From the NCBI RefSeq assembly GCF_006345805.1, contig NC_043008.1:40362001-40426000 (forward strand): a DNA stretch of 64,000 nt, in the 5' to 3' direction. The DNA is from Octopus sinensis (taxonomy: Eukaryota). Shown here piece after piece: positions 50,074 to 64,000 of this stretch (within the stretch, counting starts at the first letter, position 1; every line of letters begins with the position of its first letter). The translations under genes and the position numbers were made by a program. The notes under the pieces were generated by a model. The model made no database searches, was not told the origin of the DNA, and saw only the letters and a list, made by a program, of their open reading frames with translations.

Positions 50074-53000
50074 GTGTGTGTCTGTGTGTGTATGTATATA
50101 ATCTATATATATAAAATTTAAATATTTTCAGTCTTTTAATAGAGAACATAATAATAATGGCCAAAATGAATGTAACACAGCACAAGCTATTACAGCGGAG
50201 ATACGATCTAAGTGTCAACATTCGGGATTCTAAATAATATGTTGATTTAGGAATATGTCACAAAACGGTAGCTAATTGTTTCATCCAGAATACTTAAAAA
50301 TATAAACAAATGTATATTCGCCAACTAACAAATATTTTATGGTTTCCAAGGAAGAAAGGAGGCAATACTTGCGAAAGAAAATAATCGAAAACTCGATTGA
50401 AAAATTTACCATACTTTAATAGGATCCTGGTTAATTTGCTCAAACAATGGCTGGATAGTATGTGTTGTTTGGAATCTATTTTCTGAATAACAATAATGTT
50501 ACATGAAACAGATACTATTTATCTCGGTAAAACATGCATAAAGCGTTGAAGTTAATCGCGGGAAATCATGTGCAAAATGAAATTGTGCATCAAATTAACA
50601 ACCACGATTGAAAGTACCTCACTATGTTTGTTGATTCTACACCAAAGTTAACGCATGGTGACCAACCGTTGACGTTGACTAAGGTTCAATACTGCTATAA
50701 TAAAACGCTCTGTGAAGTATTTTTCATATGTTACTAATAGAAAACAATTAATTTTTGATCTTCTTCAAACAAATATGATGCTACATGGAATAATCCGTGG
50801 TCAGTCATAGGAAGAATGGAATTAGGGTGACGTTCTCAGAAAAAAAAAATAACTACAGCCACTCTTCTTCTATATTAACAATTATGAACAGCTCATTTGC
50901 TACGTCTTGTGGGAGAGATAATGTTTACAATAACTTGGGCATTTTTAGCAGCCTTCTGGTTACTGCCCTGTACCACTATAGCAATGTGCTATTTTAAATA
51001 AACAGAGCATTCTCAATTTTTTCCTTGAAGTGTTTAAGTGCAAATAGATTGTTTGAACACTATCATATTGTTAAATCAATTAAAAACTGCTACAAGGTAT
51101 ATTACAAATTATCAAACATATTCTAGACGAGGAGAGACACGAATGTAAATGAAGTGCAAATATATACAACAACTATTTAAAGCCGGGATATCTTAATTGA
51201 AATGTTGCTTGGAAAGAAATGCTGAAACGTTTATAACGCTCTTGAAGAGGAACTGAGAAATTGAGAATAAGAATTATAAATACAATATTTCACAGTTTGG
51301 TAATCTAACTATGTAAGTGATTGACCCATACGCACAGATTGTGGCGAAATTTAACTTTCCCTCGGAAATGGGAAAGAAAACCGAAAGCGAACTAACTTCA
51401 CAAAGCTAAAATAAACATCTCCCCAATACTATATTAACCACTAATTTGTAAATGTGACTTACTGGTACAGATAATATTTACCATGTAGAGAAATGTAGAG
51501 CAAAACATGCATCATGCCCTATACAATGCAAAGAAACTCCACTGCCTCTTCGTGAGCAACTCCTTATCAAAGAGATTCCCAATATTAATCACTAATATAC
51601 TTACGCTCCCCTAAAGATGACTATTGTGAGTTTTGAATCTATCATATGTAAAGAACAAATTCCGGTCTATCATGACTAAAGTGCGCTTAATTTGTTTATC
51701 CGCATTGTATATGTGGAAATTACATAACAAAGAGGCTCACATATGGCAAACACTAAATATGTCAGTTGAGGAAAAGAAAACTCAATTTGAAATATGTGCT
51801 TGTTATAGTATGCATTTCCATAGAAGTTTAAGTTAAAAGATTTTCATTCATACAAACTTCAAATATATATTACATAATGAAATACATGATCGCAGATAAG
51901 AATAATGATATGTGATAATATGTGCAGAATGATCGATGCGATGAAAGAGGAAAGAGGTAGAGAGAGTGATAAGCTGAGAGATACAGAGATAGAATGAAAT
52001 TGATCGGAATATTACTTAAAGAACGGTAGAAAAACAGTAGGATCAAACCCAACTCTCTTATATTATTCAAATACTTAGCTATTTATTTGAATACATAGAG
52101 TCGTTTACTTCTCATTTTCTATTAGTTCCACTCATACATGCATCAAATCATTTCACACTTTGCAATAAAGGCAATAGATCGTAAACAAAAATGGAAGAAG
52201 TATCCCCTTCATCTCTTAAATTCAATCTAAAGAGAATTGCATTTATCGAATCATATATCTTCCACAAACTCTCGTTACTTCTTTACATTCGTTTTTCAAT
52301 ATCTCTTATAAGCAATATTTTCCTATATTTTAAACTTACGTTAGTTTGTCACAGAAACATTGCAAGTGAGTTCAGATTGACATCTTTTGTATTCACAAAA
52401 TTTCATTCGTCTAATTGAATACACGCGGTCACTTTGCTACTTTCTTACCAATTCATTTTCGTGTTGCCGACCTTCCTATGCTACTGGAGAAGTAAAGTGA
52501 TATGCTTGATATATTTCTGTATTGTCTTTGACATTTTGTTTATACAAACTGTCTGAATTTTAGACTTCAATGATATAAGTATGTGTGGACCACCGAACAC
52601 ATCCCCACAGATATGCACTCAAGTCTATACATTCCGCGTCCACACATTCATACATACTAGCATTCAAACACACACACAAACACACACAAACACACATACA
52701 GATATATGCATGCATGTATGAATGTGAGCGTGTGTACGAACAAATTCAACAAGAGTCTGCTGGTGGCACAAGATCGGTGGAAAGCGTCTATTGTTTCAGT
52801 ATGGCTGGTCGTCATTATGTCACTTGCCTGCATTCAGATTTCGCAATTCGCTTCTTTCGGCGAATAGCTCTTAAAGCCATATTCTGCGTAAAAATATTGC
52901 ACGTAAAAATCTTATAATTCCATATGAAACGCACGAACTCTTTCAGGTGATTCGCACCAGCCACAAAACTAAGTCGTGTAGGTTAAAACGTAGTGTCCGT

Positions 53001-53584
53001 ACCCAGACCGTTTCTCTTCTTTTCTCACATTTTCTTCGTCAGCCAGTGTTTCTCTCATCCCTAATCGGAACATGGAATATCTTTGTGATCGGGTGGGTAA
53101 TTGTAGCAGTTTTGAAGAGATGCCACATGCATTAGATGATTAATTGAAACCAATATGTTACTGATTTTCAGTCTTCTGGCTGTTTGCTTAATGTTCAAAG
53201 TACTAAAATGCTTTTGCTCTTGAAATTTCGAGTGGAATGTTTGGAAATGTTTGGGAAATTCGAATTATTTTTAAACACTTCGTATTGCAAACACTGATGT
53301 TAGAAACGTGTAGTAAGGATCTATAATGTGAAACGAATCAAGGACTGACACTTAAGTAGCTAATTTGTTGCGCTCGCAGTGATATCACCCCTGCCAATAA
53401 ATAACAGAAGTTATTGCGCAGGTAAATGGCTCTTAGGATTTTCCTTGCAATTTAAGAATGTTCTTCAAAATATTTGGATTGCTTATGTACCTAAGCATGC
53501 GAAATGAGGAACAGAGGACCAAACCAGTATTCTGCAAGCGATATATATTTCTTTACTACGCACAAAGATATAAACACAGAGAGT

Positions 53585-53773
53585 ACACACAAGGACTGAC
53601 AAACGGATTAAGTCGATTATATCGACCCCAGTGCGTAACTGGTACTTACTTTATCGACTCCAAAAGGATGAAAGGCAAAGTCGACCTCGGTGGAATTTGA
53701 ACTCCGAACGTAACGGCAAACGAAATACGGCTACGCATTTCGCCCGGCGTGCTAACGTTTCTGCCAGTTCGCC
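53585..53773 (-). mobile_element. tRNA-headed SINE family 1
   Basis: Reverse complement matches 21589-21805. Confidence 0.8.
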
Positions 53774-54558
53774 GGCTCTATATACATATATCGCCTCTAC
53801 GAGCGATATATGTATATAGAAAATTTGGCAAATTTCTACTAGCGTCGGGATTTCAAAACAATGGTAATTCCAGAAAATATTACTTGTTTATGTTTACTTA
53901 TTACCAGGGTGTAAATGAAATAAAAGAAAGGCCATACGTCATCAGAGTTGCATGTATTGTGCACTATATTATGCCTCGAAAACCTGGATTGCAAAAAAAA
54001 AAAAAAAACAGAGAGCCTCGTCATGCTTTGAAGATTACTAAGGATTTAAACTGTCCACTCAAATAAACCCATGAAAAATAACAATAATCTTTCTTCACAT
54101 GATACTGCTGTGTCTTAACAAGCTCGATGGTACCAACATATCTTTGTCGCTCATAGAAAAAACACTGTGGTATTTAGGAAGAATTTAACGTGTCCTGTGG
54201 AAACTTATGATGACTGGATACCCTCAGAGCTAACCATACACAAGACTATAACTATGCAATAACAATAACTAAAATTGATACTTATTCGGGAAAACTAGGG
54301 ATAATCGAGGAAGTAAAGCATCGAAAATGCACCACTCCTTCGGTGATCATGTTCATTCAGCTCCAACATTAGGGCCATGTATGAATAACTACGTTACAAC
54401 CTAATACTACCAAACATGACCATATGTCTTGGGTGGTATGTTGCATTTTCTGTGGGGCTAAATCATATGTACACGTTTTCAGAAGCAATATGAAATTTCA
54501 CTGACCATAGTACTGGATACTCTTGTCTTCGTTCATAGAATGTATATTTCTCAGCTAT

Positions 54559-54597
<39 letters not shown>

Positions 54598-54624
54598 TAT
54601 ATATATATATATATATACTATATC

Positions 54625-54656
<32 letters not shown>

Positions 54657-56275
54657 GTGTGTGTGTTGTGTGTGTGTTGTGTATATATAGTTTATTTGTA
54701 GGTTAGCAAGGCAACTAACGGTTTCAGATCGTGAAAAATCTTTCAAGAATTATCACGCCTTCCAAATGGAAGGTTGGTGCTCATGTCCGTCTTGGATGAA
54801 GACGATCTCCAACGTTACATTTGAAGGCTTGATAATTGTTAAGTGATTTCTCATGACATTGTTAACCCACGAATAAGAGATAATAATCCACTAGCGTTAA
54901 GCACTTGTTCTTGCTGCTGAATATAAACGTATACATATGTACGTGTGTGTGTGTGTGAGTGAGTGTGTGTGCGCGTCTAGGCATGTTTGGGCATGTGTGG
55001 GCGCGTGTGTCACATTACTCACTCATATACAAACATACACCACATACACACACGCACACAAAACACACACACACACACCACACCACACACACACACACAC
55101 ACACCACACACACACACACAACAACAACAACACATATATATATATATCTATATATATATATATATAATATCTATATATATAATATATATATATACATATA
55201 TATATACTACTTTATCATACGGTCTTGTCAATAATTTAGTTGCCGGGTACATTTTATTGTGTTATCATTGCAGAGTCTAATAGCAGGAAATATAAATGTA
55301 TAAGAAAATGGTTAGTGTCTGAAAATTTCACGAATTCGGAAATACATGCTATGCAATTGAAACAGTGAGAAAGCAAGTGCGAAGAATATTTAGCGAAGTC
55401 TTAAAATGTTAGAAGTTGACTGCTTATTTAAATTCGTGCGGCAGTTTTTTTTCCTTTACGTTTCGCTGCAACAGGTTATCTTCGTCGTTAACCGTTGTAC
55501 GACGACAGGTCTGCTCTATGAAGTTGTCTGTTGTTGAGTAAATGATATCGTCGCAGATGACCATATCTAAATTAAACATTTGGACGCCTATGTCATACAC
55601 AAACATAAGTTTACTTATTTCTGTGTTAAATCGGATACGCTATTTATATATATTTATATTTTACTAAGATTTTGAAAGGCATTGTTTTAATTAGCATATC
55701 GTTAATAGAACTTTTCTTTCAAGTTATGCACTTTTGTTATTTTGAAACATAAGGGAAATAGTTACATGATTACAGATGTATATCTTATTCCATATATATA
55801 ATGGTGGTATAGGGAGACAACCCACAGAAATTGTTATTCAACTTGATGCCAAGTCTGTGCCGAATTTTTCCAGCGAATTCGGTGAGATAATTCTTGCTGA
55901 AGAATGGTCTGAAACGCAGAAACTGCTCAATATTTTGATATGTAACATGAATTTAAAGCACGTTTTATGTAGCTCACAATACGCAGCAGCTACAACACCT
56001 TTGCAGGTCAATTTTGTGGGTATGGAATCCAAAAATCGTATTCATTTCGTCACTAGCAGAGAAAAATTAGTTCACCACCTCAATATAAATTCTGCAGTTT
56101 CTGCTCAAGACAAATTACGTCAGATAAGTTCAAATATTGACATGTGTGTATATGTGTACTGTATGTATACATATAAGCACAGACACATACACCCAGAGAC
56201 ACACACACATATATCTACGTGCGATTGTATAAACATATATATATATATTTGTATACACACACACACACACACCAC

Positions 56276-56320
<45 letters not shown>

Positions 56321-56554
56321 AAGGTACTACATGGGCACCTACTTCGCTAAAAATAGAAGTCAAAAATACTTCTGTAATAAAGAATAGTCACAAATCCAAT
56401 ACAGGCATGATAGGAAAAGAATTCCAGTGAACAGCAAGAACGTCTTACCTTCAGCACAAGTAATACCGGTCGACTCGCTTGCAAGACGTGATGGTATTTC
56501 AATACTACCATCCTTTTCTTATATTTACACACACACACACACACATATATATAT

Positions 56555-57066
<512 letters not shown>

Positions 57067-58751
57067 GTATCTCCACGCAGGAAAAAATATAGGAAAATGG
57101 GTTGTTGAAAATGCACGTAAATTTCAAAAACTCGTAAAATACATATATTTACATGTATACCAAACTATTCAACAACATTTTTGTTTATCGACGATAAAAG
57201 TTTACAATTAGAAACACGTCTTTAAAAGTTTGAATGTTGACTAATTAAAATGTTGATAAATTAACATGTTCAAAATAGGTGTAATTTTCAATGTTCATCG
57301 CAGTCAATAAAATTAAAACTATATATCACCATGTTTGCATGTACAAAGTTCTTTAGCTTTTTTGGTGGTCGACAAGTCGTACTGAAAAGAATAATTGTAA
57401 TAGTAAAAAATATTTAAAAGAAAGGGAATTTGGTTTGCAGTTTATCTGATCCTCTTCTAATAAACACTTTCTCTTGTAGTGGTATGTTTTGGGATAAGAT
57501 GAATTTTTTTTTTTTCCCGCGAGCGGATCTGATTTTTGGCTCATTAAAATTCTGGTGACGTTTTATTTTCCCCCATCGGCAAGATTGTCGTTCTGCTTGC
57601 TTGGTTTCCTTGTGGATACGGTTGGTTGGTTCTCTTAAGGAGTCATTCCGTTGTATTCGCTGAGGTTTGGTTTTGATTGGTCTGGAGTTAGGTGACGTCA
57701 GCAAATGGTGTTTGTAGAATTTCATTGGATTGGAGTGACGTCGGCAACTGGTGTTTGTATGGTGATTTCGAGTTGCTGTTTTGGAACCTGGGTGGAAGTT
57801 TGTTACAAATGTTTTTTGAAAAAAATTTTTTTAAATGTTGTTCTTGGCTGTTTTTGTGTTGATATTGCGCTTTTTTTCTTTTCATTTTACTGATTTTTTT
57901 TTCAAAGGATATTCAGCTGTGGTTTATATATTTTAATCAGTAAGTTTTCCTTATTTAAATGGAATTGGTTTGAAGTGTTTCCAGTGCATTGATAGAATGA
58001 GAAGATTTGGCATTTAGAGTTTATATCTACGTTTTTTCTAATGACCCTCCACCTTTGTTTTCGTTCGTTTTTTCGTATGTCTCCACTGTCCTGTTTTTGT
58101 TCCCAGCTTTGACCCTCCTATGTACCTTGACTGCTCGAAATTAGGAATATACTAGTCCCTGAATAAAAGCAATTATTTTTACTCAGTGACTAGTAGACAC
58201 GACACCGTTCGATAATCGGTGCTCATTCAAAGCCAGTGAACAGCAATGACGATACCGGTTTGACTTTGGATCTCTTTAACAATTCAAAATACTGAATTTA
58301 ATTCTCCTTGATTCTACCTCAATTCCACTAATTGCATTATCTCCACTTTTCATTCAAAAGCTTATATTTTTGATATTCAATGTGCATTTTAGCTATTTTC
58401 TTCCTTTCCCCATATCATTTCCACGTGTAGTTCTATTTATTATATATATATTATATATATATATATATCATATATATTATATATATATATATGTGTGGTG
58501 TGTGTGTGTGTGTGTGTGGGTGTGTGTGTGTGTTGGGGTGTGTGTGTGTGTGTGTTGTGTGGTGAGTGTGTGGTTGTGTATGTGTATTTGTGTGTGTATC
58601 AGTACCAGAGTAGCAGTTCTCTGTATAATAGAAAGTTTCTTCGCAATCTCACATTCGGCAAGCGTCTTATAATAGCGTCAAACAGACCGACGTCTTGTGA
58701 GTGAAATATATAAAATATTTCTGTATATCTTCTCTATTATATATACAATAC

Positions 58752-58828
<77 letters not shown>

Positions 58829-58969
58829 TGTGTGTGCGTTTGTATGTGTGTGTGCGTTTTTATGTGTGTGTGCGAACTGAAGTTTTCATTGTATTTCGGT
58901 AATCACTCCGGAGTTACTTGCCTTCCTCTTTTCATTTTCGTAAATTTGATCAATTTTACACGTTATCAG

Positions 58970-59155
58970 AATAAAATATTTACCTTTCAATATCGCTTGA
59001 TGTCGAAAAACGAAGCATGGTCTAGTGATGGCGAACATGTGCTAAATTTCCATCTACCGAATGTAAAATTACCTAATGCATTACTTTCAACTACCGATGA
59101 TTATACGACCGTTGATGCACTGGGTGAATTGTCGACGATTGCTTTCACTTCAAAG
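58970..59155 (+). CDS. Candidate internal coding exon (62 aa, phase 0-0), product unknown
   Basis: Pyrimidine-rich …ttatcag| acceptor, AAG|GTATGT donor, open frame NKIFTFQYRLMSKNEAWSSDGEHVLNFHLPNVKLPNALLSTTDDYTTVDALGELSTIAFTSK. Confidence 0.3.
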
Positions 59156-59588
59156 GTATGTCCTAGCACAAACTTTCACGCTTAAACTCATAATCCTCTA
59201 ATTTTTCCAAAGCATCGGTATTTTCGAAGAGTGTCAAAAGAGAAATCGCCAGGGTAATCATTAATTTACCAAGTGCATTTTCCTTCAGCAACATATAACA
59301 GCCATTGATTAAAGCGTAGCGTTGCGATGAGCGTAGGATCGCTCATTGATAAGACCTTCAGCATTGTAATTATATGGAACTGATGCAATTCACCAACAAA
59401 TGATGTTTACACCGAAGTTGCCTTTTGAATTCGAATGGAATCAGTCATCTTCAGTACAATCATCTGCTTCAAGTTCTAATTCACGAATATTAATGAAATA
59501 TTCTCATACAATAACCAATCTATAATAAAAGTAAACTACATTACCACGAACAGGCAATATGTACACGTATATGCATCTCTCTCTCTCT

Positions 59589-59642
<54 letters not shown>

Positions 59643-60197
59643 GGCGGCTACAATTTGCTTCCGGCGCTTGGAGAATGTGTTAGTAGTAATTGTGTTTCTG
59701 AAGGTCACAAAAGTACACAACGAACGTGACTTATAAGAAACAAATAATATATGGAAATATTATCTCGTTTTGTTAATACATTTAACAAGAACATTTGAAA
59801 GAGAATATCAGTAGTAAAGAATATGTTCCTCAATAAATTGTTTCAACAAATTTGTTGTTGATAAAATAAATATTCAATGTATGGTCTTCATTCGCATTAA
59901 CTCATTAGATTTATTCAATCGTAAAACAGAACACATTCAGAGGCACTCTTACACAAATCTCCTGATGCATACATGTACACACACACACACATATATATAT
60001 ATGTACACTTATATATAGTACATTTATACATGCACGTATACGTATACATACATATGTATATATATACTTATATATCTATGTGTATATATGTGTATATATA
60101 TATATATATATAATATATATATATAATATATATATATTATATATATATATATATTATATTATATATATATTATATTATATATATATATATATATATT

Positions 60198-60284
<87 letters not shown>

Positions 60285-60369
60285 GCCACTTCCAACTCAA
60301 CTCGACCTAATTCCGCTTATTTAGTTCAAACGCAAATCCGTGCTTTCCTATGGCTCTGAAATAAACAGG

Positions 60370-60741
60370 GCCACCGGCAGCAACTACAAGAAAATGTAGA
60401 CCTTCATCAGCGAATGTCTCCGGCAGATCCTGTCAAACACCGGCCTGTGAGAAAGGGCCAACCAGGACCCCATACATTTTCACATTATACGAAGTAATTG
60501 GAGATGGATCGGACGCACACTGCGGAAAGAACCCTCATATGAGACACGACAAGCTCTTGACTGGAACCCGCAGCGGAAAAGGAAGCGAGTACGCCCGAAG
60601 CAGACATGGAGGCGGAACATTGTGTACGAGCCCAGGACCACTGGCCTGACATGGGAAGCAGCCAAGAAACACGGCAGTGACCGCAACAAGTGGAAAACAA
60701 CTGTTGAGGCCCTATGCTCCACAAGGGTAAAAAAGGATTAA
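60370..60741 (+). pseudogene. RTE-clade LINE 3' fragment
   Basis: …WRWIGRTLRKEPSYETRQALDWNPQRKRKRVRPKQTWRR…LTWEAAKKHGSDRNKWKTTVEALCSTRVKKD*. Confidence 0.85.
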
Positions 60742-60801
60742 GAGATATATATGCCTGCATACATGTCTTACACACACGCATATATATAGAAAGATACATA
60801 G

Positions 60802-60850
<49 letters not shown>

Positions 60851-60949
60851 TACATAGATAGATAGATAGACATGCATATATATATATATATATATGATAA
60901 TATAACTAATATGTACATATATAAATACACAGACGCACTCACACGAACA

Positions 60950-60986
<37 letters not shown>

Positions 60987-61329
60987 ACACATATATATAT
61001 ACTGACTTTTGGACCTATTCATAATTTCTGCACAAATTGCAAAACTTAAGAAATACATGTATGTACGTATGATTTATGTACATGTGTGTGTATGTGTGTG
61101 TGTTTGTGTGCGAACACATATGACTATGTGCATGTGCGTATACATACTTGTATGTGTATGACCGAGTTTGTGCCTTGATCTATGTGTTTCTCTGTGTATA
61201 ACTTTATGAACTAAGTTCCATATCTTAACTAATACCATTTTAACGTGTACTGAATGGATACATGCTTAGACTTATACAGAAAAAAAAGAGAGAAAATTTT
61301 AAGTCTGTCGATGCTGGTGTCCTTAGTAT

Positions 61330-61475
61330 TTTTCTACTGTAGGCACAAGGCCGGGAATTTGAAGGGAGGGGGTAGTCAATTACATCGACCCTAGTACTCA
61401 ACCCTGAAATGATAACAGGCTAAGTCGATCTCGGTGGAATCTGAAGTCAGAACGTAAAGGCAGACGAAATACAAC
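61330..61475 (-). mobile_element. SINE family 1 fragment
   Basis: aggcacaagg…acatcgaccc…gtcgatctcggtggaatctgaagtcagaacg. Confidence 0.65.
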
Positions 61476-62398
61476 CAGTACAAATCGGAGCAAGAATACA
61501 TCCAGCTGCTCCCCTGACATATTCTGCAATACTCTTCAAACTAACCTGTCATTCACGTCTCATAATCGAAGAATATCAAGTTGCTACATTCTTCCGATGA
61601 AAATACATTTATAGTAGCCATTTAAACAGTACACAGTGACCTCGATCACGACCAGACGAAAATCAACTGTTTGCTTGAATTTGTGAATTCAATTTATATT
61701 GAAGATCGTGTTAAATTCATTTCATTATGCAAGGAGTCGATCTTTTATAAACTCAGTCATTTAACCCAATATCCGATTTTCTCAACTAATTTGTAATTGG
61801 CGTAACTAATGTAGTACATCTTGAGGCATAAAGGACACATAACCCCTTTTAAGGACACGAAAGACTAGCAAATCTTTAATCTAATCACGGACTTAGATAT
61901 TTAATCAGATATTTCTCTTTTCATAGTCGGGTGCAAAGCAGATGCGTTTGTAGTATAGTTACAAAATGTTTAAAGACGGAAAGTGATTTTGGAAAGCACT
62001 CTTGAAAGGCCATTTATTTAAAATAGCAAATATATAGGTTATAGCTGTCGTCTTCTGTCAGCAATAGATATATTTATCTCCCCATGTAGTCGAATTAATT
62101 CCATATAAATCAAACAGAGGAAAGGTATGCTAAGAAATCAGGTGTTGTCTCGTTCAGTGAAATTTGATAGATAGGCAGATAGTTAGAGAGAGAGAGAAAC
62201 AGATTGAGAGACAGAGACAGAGAGAGAAAGAAAGAAAGAAAAGCAGAAAGAGAGATTGAATTAATGAAAGGATGAAAGACAAAGAGAAGGAAATGTTTGA
62301 GAATTGACGAGAAAGTCTGTGATTAAGCGAGAGAGAAAGAGAGTTTACATGAGATCAACCTGATCGCTGTGAGAAATATATCATTATTATTATTATTA

Positions 62399-62440
<42 letters not shown>

Positions 62441-62458
62441 CATTTTTATATTATTATT

Positions 62459-62975
62459 GAGTGTGAGAGCAGTTCATGCCATCAAAGTGACACTGGGGTA
62501 AAATATACGAAGCCCAATATACCCATCATGACTACCCATCTGATAAGGGTACACCAGGCACATGCATCACAACCATATGTGCGCGACATGGTGATCTCAT
62601 ATCAAGATAAACAGCACATGACCTTGCAGGTGGGGCCCAGTTAGAATTTTCTTCTGATTGAGTAGCCCATCCCGCTCAAACGGTCCCTGAATAAGGGTTG
62701 TTTAAGGATGTTGAAAGAACCACCCATGTTTCCACAGGTGAATTATTCAGACCGCAAAGAATCCCTCTCAACACATGATGCTCCCCCACTACTTCTGCTC
62801 ATGATCAGAGATGCACATATCATCAGCCACTAAGGGACATGCTCAACAGGTTAAAGTCAAACAACTGACAAGCAAATCTGTGGTATTGAGCAGAATATTT
62901 GCTGTAGCCCATCTTTTATACCAAGACAAAACAATGTATGTTTCCAGAGGTGAATTATTCAAACCCCAAAGAATA
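62459..62975 (-). mobile_element. AAT-flanked ~515-bp non-coding element, copy 3
   Basis: Reverse complement of the 19555-20070 family; (ATT)n at 62382-62458 and 62979-63063. Confidence 0.85.
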
Positions 62976-62977
62976 CC

Positions 62978-63063
<86 letters not shown>

Positions 63064-63067
<4 letters not shown>

Positions 63068-63385
63068 TGTTGTTTTTGTTATATGAAACCTCACAACTTA
63101 TTTTGCTGTGTATCATGGAAAGCGTCAGATGTTAGCAGCCAGCATACTAAGGTGACACTTGTTTATTGGTCATGCTTCAAGAACCCTGTAAAGAGTTCTT
63201 GCAGCTCCAAGCAATGCTAATTTTTGTAGGCTTTCTACCTTCACACTTGCACCAATATTTTTTTCAGATATGTTGGTAGTTGTGCGCTGATACTTCCAAG
63301 TGCGCCATTTACAATTGGCATCACGTCTACTCTCCTCATTGACCACAACCTTCCAATTTCTCAATTCAAATCGTCATAATGTTTA
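63064..63385 (-). mobile_element. Dong/R4 extreme 3' fragment ending in (AAT)n
   Basis: …KVESLQKLALLGAARTLYRVLEA* (ORF 63170-63364), then a 3'UTR resembling that at 8600. Confidence 0.8.
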
Positions 63386-63463
63386 AAGATTACGTGTAGC
63401 GATAATGCCATTGTTATTATCATCATCATCATCATCATCATCATTACTATTTTTATCACTATT

Positions 63464-63590
63464 AAGGCGGCAAGTTTTCACAATCGCTAGCATGCCGGGC
63501 ATACTGCTTAGTGGCATTTCCTCCGACTTTACATTCTGAGTTTAAATTCCTCAGAGAACGACTTTGCCTTTCATCTTATCAATTTGATAA
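63464..63590 (+). mobile_element. SINE family 1 fragment
   Basis: aggcggcaag…atcgctagcatgccgggc…ctgagtttaaattcc…gactttgcctttcatc. Confidence 0.7.
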
Positions 63591-63677
63591 AATACGCAAT
63601 CATTTGACCATTGCTTTCGGTGTAATCGTCTTAACCCCTACTCTAAACCTTCCGGTTTTGTACCTTAATAGTAATAA

Positions 63678-63990
63678 CCCTTCTTCTTCTTCTTCTTCCT
63701 CTTCGTCTTCTTTTTCACCTTCTTGTTCTTCGCCTCCTTGTTGTTCTTGTTCTTGTTCTTGTTCTTCTTCGTCTTCTTGTTGTTGTTGTTGTTGTTCTTC
63801 TTCTTCTTCTTCTTCTTCTTCTTCTTCTCCTCCTTCTACTTCGTCTTCTTCTTGTTCTTCCTCTTCCACTTCTCCTTCTACTTCGTCTTCTTCTTGTTTT
63901 TCTTTTTCTTCTTTTTCGTCTTCTTCTTGTTCTTCTTCTACTTCTTCACTCTCTTCTACGTCTCCTTCTTGCCCTTCTTCTTTGTTTTTT
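63678..63990. repeat. Degenerate (CTT)n/(GTT)n array
   Basis: Directly visible; source of the poly-E pseudo-ORF. Confidence 0.9.
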
Positions 63991-64000
63991 TTTTTGCTGT

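Noticed and set aside
55776-56321. 181-aa plus-strand ORF
   Set aside because: C-terminal third is microsatellite and no domain is recognised; a possible exon ending at 55881 has only weak acceptors
57350-58130. A-rich minus-strand ORF fragments with an imperfect ~42-bp repeat near 57680-57760
   Set aside because: Probably a decayed LINE ORF1, but no diagnostic motif (similar stretch at 32900-33300)

Overview
AT-rich animal (metazoan) genomic DNA that is dense in microsatellites and transposable elements. The repeat spectrum (very long (TA)n, (AAT)n and (CA)n tracts, Dong/R4 LINEs, tRNA-headed SINEs) suggests a coleoid cephalopod such as Octopus; this is an inference, not a database result. 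No host gene could be identified with confidence, and only weak isolated exon candidates are seen. Most listed ORFs are microsatellite read-through artefacts. The real coding remnants are all mobile elements: five Dong/R4 (REL-endonuclease) LINE copies, one near full length at 9264-13220; a full-length L1/Tx1-type LINE on the minus strand (13429-19504) interrupted by a SINE with a 128-bp duplication; a 5'-truncated CR1 with an intact 409-aa RT ORF; and RTE, Penelope-like and mariner fragments. There is also a non-autonomous Helitron and several SINEs. The most notable signals are (1) two different non-coding tandem repeat families (~478-bp and ~554-bp units), each carrying a type I hammerhead ribozyme fold and ending in (TA)n with a shared terminal motif (retrozyme/Penelope-pLTR-like), and (2) an 11.6-kb stack of unrelated retroelements whose junctions are almost all (AAT)n arrays, including a Tx1 element and a ~515-bp non-coding element that appears three times, always between AAT arrays.
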